Below, in pieces: positions 48,427 to 57,381 of a stretch of DNA of 64,000 bases. The stretch lies in the IMG/VR virus record IMGVR_UViG_3300031957_002643, positions 248,001 to 312,000 of that record; one strand, written 5' to 3'. The stretch's first letter is position 1. Each line of letters begins with the position of its first letter. A program made the translations under genes and the position numbers. The notes under the pieces are model-generated. The model searched no databases. It was not told where the DNA came from and saw only the letters and a program-made list of their open reading frames with translations.

Positions 48427-48769
48427 GTAGGGTCAATCCGCCCAAGCGAAGCGCGAGATACCCGATAAGCTCAGTGTAGACATGATTAGATCGCTGCAAT
48501 GTTCGTGTCGTCGGTCTAGTGGAACTTTGCTGGTGGTAGGCGATAAAAAATCCTACCTGACAAGGATACAAGCAAAACGAACGTATATCGGTTTTGTCGT
48601 CGGTCAGGTACCATCAGTTAATACAGTTTGGTAGCAGAGCGCGGAATGGAATGCCTTTCGCGGGGTAAGGGCAGCGGAGTAATTGACCGCCAGCTAAATC
48701 CCCTCAAGCACCGGGCGCGAAGGACGAGAACAGAGACTCGTTAAGTGACAGTTTAGCACCTGATCCTAC
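48427..48769 (+). ncRNA. Candidate ~340-nt structured ncRNA, family unknown
   Basis: No ORF; terminal GTAGGGTCA/TGATCCTAC helix; internal GGTAGG/CCTACC and CGAG/CTCG hairpins. Confidence 0.55.
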
Positions 48770-48785
48770 CAATCCAATTTTCTTC

Positions 48786-48902
48786 TTGACTTATATCACT
48801 GGTACGTATATAAGTAAGAACACAGTCGGCAACAAAGATCGACAAGAAAACTGACAAATACTGAAAAAACTTCTTGACTTTTGTTTGTGTGTCCTATATA
48901 AA
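48786..48902 (+). promoter_or_regulatory. Tandem P1/P2-like sigma70 promoters
   Basis: TTGACT-N17-TATAAG (48786-48814) and TTGACT-N17-TATAAA (48874-48902). Confidence 0.8.
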
Positions 48903-48906
48903 GGTT

Positions 48907-48929
48907 ACAACGAAAGTTGCTCTTTGACA
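48907..48929 (+). promoter_or_regulatory. rrn-type antitermination signal: GAAA hairpin (boxB-like) plus boxA
   Basis: CAAC-GAAA-GTTG followed by TGCTCTTTGACA (48918-48929), one base from the canonical TGCTCTTTAACA. Confidence 0.7.
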
Positions 48930-51900
48930 TTGTTGGGAAATAAGTGAGACGAACCGATCTTCACGGGTCCATCGGACCTTTGATTAGCATGTATCTCTAT
49001 TGTTCTGCCTTAACAGACCTGTTCTTTACCGGGCAGAATGGTGCGAAGACGAGAGTAGAGACTCGATCCTTAGACTTGATGTGGAGTTTGCAAGCTGCCA
49101 CGAGATAAGGACAAACTCTGATGGCCCCTTGAAGGTCGGTTCGTTGGCAAAGCGTTGATCCGGGCGTGTAGATGGTGTGGACACCATACCGGATAACCCT
49201 TTAATAATCGCCTGACTTAAATATCGGGCTAACCCAGAAAGAAAACACTCCTAAAGAAATAAGGCGTAGTGTTCCTTCCGAGGCGATTAACAAGTTTTGC
49301 GGGATGATGGTGTAATGGAAACACGGTCTACAGTAGTAGGACATCTAGTAAGGTTCAATTCCTTACCCCTCGCATTTGAGAATTTGCATCTGACCCTGTT
49401 TTGGCTTGGTGACCGATAGCGCTAAGACCACCGCGTGTGGAGAAAAGGCGTGTGTAGGAGCTTCGTCTGAAACTGTGGCGACACGGCACTTTAAAGCCGG
49501 TGATGTAATGTGGATGGGCGTTTTTGGAAGCCACGATCCACCGCGTTGCAACTGAGAGCACATAAAGCCGACAGTACATCGGTAAAAGTGCAGCCCCAAA
49601 GGCCACGGGGAACCGAAAACATCTTCCGCAACGGTTTCTATAAGATGTGATCGGGCAGCGCGTTAAATCTTTATCTAGTTGATAGACTAATTGAAAGAGT
49701 GAAAGTACTTTCGAGAAAGTGGAACCTCTGCATCGATGAACTCATCTGAAATACCAATTGTAACAATCGCAAATGCTATAAAAACCGTGAGCAAGGAGAA
49801 TGGCCTTGACAGGCAATTGGTAGGAAGGATGTTTAGTAGTCGATATATGCGAAGCGAAGTGTAGAAGGTATGGAAACTTTAGTAAGGGGAAGTCGCCCGG
49901 ACAGCAGTTGCGATTTAAACCGGGAAATATTGGTTCGATTCCAATGAAACTAGGCCTCATTTGTGCGAATGCACACAACATAATCCGTGAGCAAGTGCTG
50001 GTTCGGGACGTGATACTAGTTAGTCACTGAACCTGTAAAATAAAGGCACCGATCCTTTCGAGGTGGACGCCACGACCTGACCGGCTGGTGTATGATAGGA
50101 AACACGCCCCTATTAACGGGGAATACGGTAGATGCAAGTTCTGCCCGGTCCAATAAATTCCTCTATCATGAGGATATGTAATTGCAGTAACGCCGATTAT
50201 GGTGATCGAACCTTACTGTAATAAATCCCGTTCATACCGGGTAAAAGGCCTAACCAGCCAGTATGACCGCATCGTGACTAGTGTAAAGCCCACATCTGAT
50301 TCGAACGGGTGTGTGGATAAAAGAAGCACGTCCCTCTTCGATAGGGCAAGTGTCGGTTGCAAGTCCGCCGCACGATGCAACAGGTTTTGGTGAGCAGTTG
50401 GTTTTGAAACCTTCGGAATGCCGACAGTCGTAGTAGCGCACGGCCACCACATTTGTTCTACTTAGGACCGACAAAACGATTGATCCCCATAATCTTTCGT
50501 ACAAAACGGTCGCCTACTGATGGAGTAGGAGAATTCGGATCATGAAGCCCACGAAAAGGGTGGATTGTTTCGGAGTATAGCAATCCGGGGCTTGATCTCT
50601 CCGGGGAACAATAGACTGGTGTGGAAATGCAGATATCTCAGCAGGGGACATCAATGCGCCATGTAAAAGGATGCGCGCTCCTGACCAGTTGAGTTCCGAA
50701 TTAAAACCATCGTTCGCCAGATGCATATGGCCAATCTTGGGAGAACACGTGCTGTGTCGCGGTGATTGCAGTAAATAATACGTGAGGTAAAAGTCCTAAC
50801 AACGCCGCGTCGTTTCAAAGAATGCGGTTCCTAGCACATTTGTGGAGTGGATAGGAGCAAAAGCCTGATGCCCATGACAAAGTTCTCTTTGCCCATCAGG
50901 AAATAGCATTTGGGGACTACCGGGAGAGTTCGGTGCTACATACGAGTCCAGACCGTGATGGTATGTTTTCCGAGATAAGCAAAGAAAACATGAAGGCCTC
51001 CATCATGGAACAGCGTACAGATGTCCTTTTTGTCTAAATGGCAGGGTTGATGCTTATCGTCTAATGTCGTGGCCGATTAGGACCTGAAATCGTATGTATT
51101 CTCGTGACGATGATGTAACCGTTAAGACACATCTTCGTTTATTGCATGCACAATGGTGGGAAGATCGGTTCTGTCAGACCGTGATTTGCCAGAGATGCTT
51201 GCTGCGAGAATGAAACTTGAAGTTCCTACATGCCCTGATGGCGAAGCCGGTAGGATTAAATTAGTTGGATGCGCTCAGCTTCAAGTTTCAAAGTTCCGCT
51301 AGTGCACATGCGGAAGCAAGTGTGTGAAGGTATCCGTCAAACGTAAAAGTTTTGGTCCCCTTCTGACCTGTATAAACTAAGACGCCAGAACACAACGTAA
51401 CAGGAGTTGTTTTGGCCATGGGTTAGCTACCATGACTTTGAGCGTCACCACACTTGCACAAGTTTTAGCTGCCACCATCGTATGGTTCGGACAGCCTATT
51501 GAATGAAATAGGAATAAGCAGTGATTGATCTGAAAGCCGTGATGATCAAATTAATAGAATCTGTGAACGAGTAAATGAAGCAAAAGTCATCAGGAGTGAT
51601 CATTACTGGTGGTGAGTAGTGAAACTGAAAGGGAACAAGGAGATCAAGCAGGGAGCAGGTCCACAACCTTTAGGGCGTCCGTGGAATTAGAGGTTCGAGT
51701 CCTCTTTTGGTCTATATTCCGGTTGCCGGGAATGAAATACTCGCCCCTGTTGTAAAGGGAAATGAGATAGCTGATCGCTTGATGCCTTGGCGGGTGGATG
51801 GTGTGATGTACGTGGCATTAAAGTTTCAGGACGTTCTTTTGTCGTTCTCTCCCCGATTAAAACGAGAGAACGTCCTGCATCCATATCAGGGAAAGGAGAT

Positions 51901-52010
51901 CATAACCGGGTCGGTACAAAGGAATGATCTCTGGTAGTGAGGATGGTAGTCCGATTAACCCCATGGACATTGCCCCCTGATCGTTATAACTCACTTATTT
52001 TCCAACAATG
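48928..52010 (+). ncRNA. Giant (~3.04 kb) structured non-coding transcript closed by a 21-bp terminal helix
   Basis: CATTGTTGGGAAATAAGTGAG (48928-48948) pairs with CTCACTTATTTTCCAACAATG (51990-52010); no credible ORF inside; many long stems, GNRA/UUCG loops and T-loop modules. Confidence 0.75.
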
Positions 52011-52031
52011 CATTCCTAGAGGAATAAACCA

Positions 52032-52436
52032 ATGGACATCTGGATCAAACACGACCTTTCACATGCACGTATCAAAAAGACCGAATCTTGGAATTATGAA
52101 CAGGATTGCGTTAATGGTATGTTGACGCCCGGTGATACTTTGTACGGTGTTCAACTTATTACATACGCATATGATTCATTTGGAAAATCAAAAGAGCCAT
52201 CAAAAACATGGCTTTATTTGACTGGTGATCCTACCGATCTTCTTGACTTAATCGATGAGATCGATGAATATCTGTCTTCTTATTCCGAAGATGAGTTGAA
52301 CCAATCCCAATTCGAGTATATCAATCTTGAAACTAAAAAGTTCAAGTTTCGCGATTCGGATAGATATATTGGAGATTTCAAGGGATGGGGCACATCGTAT
52401 GATTCTGTGAATATAAAGATTATCCCCGTTCTATAA
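52032..52436 (+). CDS. Hypothetical protein
   Basis: SD GAGGA directly after the terminal helix. Confidence 0.6.
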   Translation: MDIWIKHDLSHARIKKTESWNYEQDCVNGMLTPGDTLYGVQLITYAYDSFGKSKEPSKTWLYLTGDPTDLLDLIDEIDEYLSSYSEDELNQSQFEYINLETKKFKFRDSDRYIGDFKGWGTSYDSVNIKIIPVL

Positions 52437-52563
52437 GAGACCCCTGATCACACATCCTTGGCTCTGGTGATTTGGGTGTAACACCAAGGACAGCCCCCTT
52501 CGAGGGCTGTATGCAATCATATAATATTGACCGTATCAAGATTGGCCAACCAGTTAGATGCAG

Positions 52564-52591
52564 AAAAGGGCCGGGTTATCCCAGCCCTTTT
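52564..52591. terminator. Bidirectional terminator
   Basis: AAAAGGGCCGGG-TTAT-CCCAGCCCTTTT. Confidence 0.75.
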
Positions 52592-52593
52592 CA

Positions 52594-53073
52594 TTATTGT
52601 ACAAATTCGGAATTATAAGATGTGACAGTTTGCTTACCGTACTGATTGATTGATCTGTCATCATAGCAATCGATGACCTGCTTAACTCGGTTTCTGGCAT
52701 CGCCGTTATGTGTATCATCATACAATTTGAATTTAATACCCATGGCGGATTTCAATTCCAATGCACCGGTTGTTAACTCGTCGATACTTTTAGTGACTTC
52801 CACTCTTCCAGAGTCAATATATTTCGATGCAGACATTGATGCGTTCAAATCATGAAGCGTCTTGAGGGCATCATCAGAAGTTTCTAGAATTGCAGTGATC
52901 GTGTTATCAAATTGTTCATTGTGAGCACGAAGATGGTCTTCCCATTCATTATTTCTTTGTTTGAGATTTTCGATGGATTCGTTGATTTTGATTTCTTCAG
53001 CAGACAATTCTGGTTCTGGTTTGGAGAACCATCCGGTGACTGCATTCCATAAATGAGACAATGGATTTTTCAT
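52594..53073 (-). CDS. Hypothetical coiled-coil protein
   Basis: ORF track; start at MKNPL. Confidence 0.55.
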   Translation of the reverse strand: MKNPLSHLWNAVTGWFSKPEPELSAEEIKINESIENLKQRNNEWEDHLRAHNEQFDNTITAILETSDDALKTLHDLNASMSASKYIDSGRVEVTKSIDELTTGALELKSAMGIKFKLYDDTHNGDARNRVKQVIDCYDDRSINQYGKQTVTSYNSEFVQ

Positions 53074-53137
53074 TTTGGTTTCCTTTTGAATTTGCACTTT
53101 ACATCATATGATATTTGGTATAAGTAATAAGCACAAC

Positions 53138-53213
53138 GCGGGTGTAGCTTAGTGGCTAAAGCGTCTGGTTGCCATCCAGAAGATCGCGGGTTCGAATCCC
53201 GCCATCCGCTCCA
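53138..53213 (+). tRNA. tRNA-Gly(GCC)
   Basis: Cloverleaf, TCTGG-TTGCCAT-CCAGA, U73, CCA. Confidence 0.93.
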
Positions 53214-53222
53214 TTTTCAAAA

Positions 53223-53774
53223 TTATCGTAGTACAGATCGAGTAAGCATGATGTTGCTTACTTTCTTTTTGATTTCTTCAACGCCATCTTCATTCCCCTC
53301 AATTTCTTCATAGGTGATTTCGTAATCATCGAGCATGGTCTTGATGGTGGTATCGATTTCAACAGATTCTTTGAGCGAATGAACTCGACCTTTTGGATTG
53401 AATTTTTTCTGTCTGTTCAAAAAGAAATTCACATTATCATGCTGATCAAATTGCCAACGAACCAGTTCATCGAATGATTCTGGATAATGCTCGCCTCTGT
53501 AAATTGAACAGAGTAACAGTGGACTATCAGTGATCACTGCGTCCACTTTGTCTTTCAATATTTCAATTCTATTGGTTTGCTTCCCTAGCAAATAAATTTG
53601 ATTCCCAAGAGTCTGATTGCGTTCTTCCCAAACCAATTCTTTGGCGTATTCAGTAACCAATTCAACATTATACCCTTTTTGTTTGAGGGAACCAAATAGA
53701 AGGGCGGCAGTTGTTGATTTTCCACATCCGGGTCCACCGAAAAAATTAATGACGAGAGGTTTCTTGAAGATCAT
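53223..53774 (-). CDS. P-loop kinase/ATPase (NadR-like AAA domain)
   Basis: GGPGCGKST Walker A; VTEYAKELVWE; ITDSPLL. Confidence 0.8.
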   Translation of the reverse strand: MIFKKPLVINFFGGPGCGKSTTAALLFGSLKQKGYNVELVTEYAKELVWEERNQTLGNQIYLLGKQTNRIEILKDKVDAVITDSPLLLCSIYRGEHYPESFDELVRWQFDQHDNVNFFLNRQKKFNPKGRVHSLKESVEIDTTIKTMLDDYEITYEEIEGNEDGVEEIKKKVSNIMLTRSVLR

Positions 53775-53893
53775 TGGGATAGTTGCTCCTATTTTCTTTA
53801 GAATATGACATGAAAAAACTTTTGCATGCGCTCTAAGTAATATTTGTGAAGGGCATAAATATACCTGTCACAAATAAATGGAGCGACGATAAT

Positions 53894-54142
53894 ATGAGTG
53901 CTGATACTAAAGAAGCAACCCAAACAGAAACACCAGAAGTCTCTGCACCGCAAGTGCAAGAAGAGACGGCAAATAAACCGCTTGAAGATTTGGTGGTTAG
54001 AGATGGAATCATCATGTTGCAGCTTGTTGATAGGCTGTTCCAACGTGGTGCGGTCCAAGGCCGCGAAGCTCTTCCAGTCGGTATTCTCCGTCAGAAGATT
54101 GCTGAATCGCTTGCTAAGCAAGGCGTTTCGGAACAACAATAA
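53894..54142 (+). CDS. Hypothetical protein
   Basis: GGAG SD; TAAATA upstream. Confidence 0.55.
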   Translation: MSADTKEATQTETPEVSAPQVQEETANKPLEDLVVRDGIIMLQLVDRLFQRGAVQGREALPVGILRQKIAESLAKQGVSEQQ

Positions 54143-54152
54143 GGATATTGAT

Positions 54153-55031
54153 ATGAGACATTTTGGAGATCATGATGGCGATCCGTGCCTTCTACTCGGA
54201 TATAGAGCAGACAGCGGTAACCTTTTGCTCATACATTTAGATGATATTGCTGATGGTGCCGAAACCGATGCGTTGGTGAATTTCCTTCAACGATATCGTA
54301 ATAGTAATGATAGTTTGGCGGGAATTATTTCTTCCCATCAAGAATTGTTTATGGGTTATCCATCGTTGACGCTTTATTATGCTAGTAAGCGAGGCCATGA
54401 TGGACAAGCATCTGCATTGCGACAAATCCCAGAATTCTATGTGAAAATGTATGATCGTCAGCAGGCGGAAAGCTGGACTGGATCAGCAGCACGTTATTCA
54501 AATGCTGTGAAGTCACATAGATTCATTGATCGTCTTAATGGATCAATGGGAATCCCGCCAGCCCAACCACAACAGGATTTTCCTGAGACGGTTCAAACGG
54601 GTCAACCTTCAACAGTTGCAGAAGGGGATGCCGCATTGGAATATTTGCGTGCACAGGGGCTTCCTATTCCTGATGCATTTCGTGAACAGACAGTTGACAC
54701 TGCGGTAGTCGAAGATACTCATGAAACACCTGATCTTCCAGAAGCCGCAACTACTGGTCAAATGTCTTTGGCTACTGAATACGTATCAGAGCCAGTAAAT
54801 ACCAATATGGATAACGAATTAAGCCTAAAGATGCTATCCGCATTGGAACGTATCTCTGATCAGATCGCAGAACAAAATGGTAATTTCAAACGTGTGTTCA
54901 AACGCATGGATGATGTTGATACCTCTTTGCGTAGTGCTGCACGCAGCCTAGACAAAGCTGGATTTGATAAACCAGACACGCCTCCTACTCCTGCACAGAG
55001 AAAGAAGGCAAAGAGTGAAGCAAACAACTAA
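54153..55031 (+). CDS. Hypothetical protein
   Basis: AAGGA SD, start MRHFGD. Confidence 0.6.
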   Translation: MRHFGDHDGDPCLLLGYRADSGNLLLIHLDDIADGAETDALVNFLQRYRNSNDSLAGIISSHQELFMGYPSLTLYYASKRGHDGQASALRQIPEFYVKMYDRQQAESWTGSAARYSNAVKSHRFIDRLNGSMGIPPAQPQQDFPETVQTGQPSTVAEGDAALEYLRAQGLPIPDAFREQTVDTAVVEDTHETPDLPEAATTGQMSLATEYVSEPVNTNMDNELSLKMLSALERISDQIAEQNGNFKRVFKRMDDVDTSLRSAARSLDKAGFDKPDTPPTPAQRKKAKSEANN

Positions 55032-55782
55032 CAGTCGTGCCGCTCCGCTCGACATGGAGCTTCCTATCCAAGCTGAATATGGCGAGGACGGGAAGCTCCA
55101 TCTTCATATAAACGCGGATGTAGTCATTCATTATCATGGTGATAAAGCAGAGACTGTTGATGGGTCTGTAGCTGAATTCGTACAAGGTGATAGTTTTGTC
55201 GTCACCAAAGGATCACACCATACTAATCCATGGGGTGCAGAATTTTACGATCAGGTCATCGAGAAAATTCTATCAGATGAAAATCTCAGAGAAGTCATGG
55301 AAGCAAAGCTTCTGATGGAACGAGATCACAAACGTCAAATAAATAGACATATAAGAAAGCAAGAATTGAAACAAAAGCTTGCTAAGAGAAATATTAATCA
55401 CAGAAGAAGGAAGTGTTGTTGTGGCTAGTGATAGTGAAAAGTTGGATAAAATTATTGATCTTCTGACGCAGTTGGTTAATGCGACAACCAATCCGTCAAA
55501 TATTGTTGTACAAGAGCGCCCTTGGTCATTCCGTCTTTTACAGGAACTTGCTACTGGTGAGGATCAAGATGATAATGGAATGGTCTATGGTCATGATTTT
55601 GTTTTCAATCATGTGACCGAATGGCATCCGCCAGCACTTCAAGCATCTGCTTCCAATCTGAAAAAGTCCTTTAAAGGAAAGTCTATTAGCTTTTTGGATT
55701 ACGCCAAGTCTCTAAAGCCGACTGATGAAAAGAAGGGTGCGATCTTGGATTACATTGAGAAGAAACAACAGTTGAATGGTTG

Positions 55783-56196
55783 ATGTCCAACGTAGCCTTT
55801 GTCACTTCCCAAAACACAATATTCTTTGGATGCACACCAGACCAAGCGATTGAAGGATCACCAGACACCTTTGTGAATGGCCTTCAAGTGCACCGCAAAC
55901 AGGACCTTTGGTCGGTGCACGTGTGTAATCATGGAAACAGTTATGATGCATATCTTCAAGAAGGTGCACCGACTCATTTCACAAATTCATTGAATACGGG
56001 AAGAGTCGGTGATCCGGTTCTTAGATACAGGCAAGTTGCCGGAACACAACCATATCGAACCGGCACTGCATTTGTATCAACAGGATCGCCAGATACGTTC
56101 ATCGGTGGCAATGCCGGTGGTGGTGTGGGTGATCCGTTTTTCCGTGCCGGTTCTGCTAGAGCAGGCCAGAAGCTTTATACTATTTTTGGTTCTTAA
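55783..56196 (+). CDS. PAAR-domain spike tip protein (T4 gp5.4-like)
   Basis: GSPDTFVNG..HRKQD.W..H.C..GRVGDP..STGSPDTFIG. Confidence 0.8.
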   Translation: MSNVAFVTSQNTIFFGCTPDQAIEGSPDTFVNGLQVHRKQDLWSVHVCNHGNSYDAYLQEGAPTHFTNSLNTGRVGDPVLRYRQVAGTQPYRTGTAFVSTGSPDTFIGGNAGGGVGDPFFRAGSARAGQKLYTIFGS

Positions 56197-56702
56197 TAGA
56201 GAGCGAATGCAAACTGGCGAGAGCCATTCATTGCACTCTTGATGACTGAGAACGGCCCAATCACCAATGATACCACAAACAGCTTGGCGCGAATGGTCAC
56301 CGGTTTATCTCTGAGTTCTTCTTGGAACTCTTTGCTGACATGTTGATCGGGATAAAGGCGATACATTCCGAGATACCAGAAGTATTCGATAATACCAAAC
56401 ATGATCCAGAGAAGACCTAATGCATAACTTGGGTTGTCAATCATATCCAAAACCTTAGTTTACCAGAGCAACAGATTTGAACTAATGCCCTTAAAGGTAC
56501 TATAACACAATAACATAAGACATGCAAGCGTATTTTTATTGGTGCGTAATAAGCGAACAGCCTATCATGCGGCGACACCATATGTGAAGATGGAAATTTA
56601 AACTGCCCCATGTATAACGAATACGTTATAACTGTTAACGAAATCCACAGACCAATCAACCACCAGCCCATTTGCCACCCATGTTCAACCAAAAGTATTT
56701 AG

Positions 56703-57259
56703 TTAAACAGTGGCATTCGGCATCATGTTTTCCAATTGTGTTAGTAACTCAATAGCGCGTTCCTTGTTTGCCTCATCGGCTTTAGCATTATTGCGAATCA
56801 AGTTCCTAGTTTCGATCAGATTTTTATGGGTGAAACCTGTATCGAGTGATGCAGCGAAGCCAACGACAGGATCGCCAATTTTGATCCCGCCGTTGGACTT
56901 CGAAATTTTCCGAACCATTTTGAAGAATTCATCCTGTGGAAACTCATCTTTCGGAGTCAGGATGTAAAGAATTTCTTTTTTCATTCTTCAGTGTTCGAAC
57001 CCGTGCTGTCGATATTGATTTGTTGGAATTCTCGTCCGACCATGCCAAACATGATTGCAAAACAGAGCGCAACGAGTGACAGGAATGATAGGGTAGCGAA
57101 GAGAGGCCCAACAATCCACAAACCTGCGAACAGCGCAGAGAGCAGGGTGAAACCAATAAACAAGATAGCAGTATTGATGATGGGGCGACGTACAATAAGA
57201 TTGTAAATTCTCGCACCAGCATCAAAGATAGTTTCAAGCCATTTTTCAACTTCATTCAT
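56703..57259 (-). CDS. Two small ORFs (56703-56984; membrane protein 56981-57259)
   Basis: ORF track; overlapping stop/start. Confidence 0.5.
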
Positions 57260-57381
57260 AATGACGATCTCCGTGATTTGCGTCGTTGAATAGTTATTAC
57301 AAAAAAATCCTTAAGTCAAGCATAAAAGCCTGTCAATTGTAGCGATAAATATTTCTAAAGAAATAGGAAACAAATCACCTC

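Noticed and set aside
49355-51937. Short ORFs listed inside the giant RNA (e.g. 49355-49606, 50199-50504, 51707-51937)
   Set aside because: No convincing SD, atypical composition, and they overlap long RNA helices; treated as chance ORFs.
48949-51989. Calling the 3-kb RNA a 23S or 16S rRNA
   Set aside because: None of the universal rRNA blocks could be found. Short look-alikes (GATGCCTTGGC, GTACGTG..TTCAGGACGT, GAGATAGCTG near 51760-51840) are out of order and TTCAGGACGT is taken up by a local stem.
48400-51989. tmRNA, RNase P RNA, SRP RNA, or group I/II intron identity
   Set aside because: No GAGGAAAGTCC/ACAGAA..CGGCTTA pair, no ANDN-type tag or ssrA termini, no group II domain V, no correctly spaced group I P7 elements, and no RT or maturase ORF nearby. 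An Infernal search is still needed.
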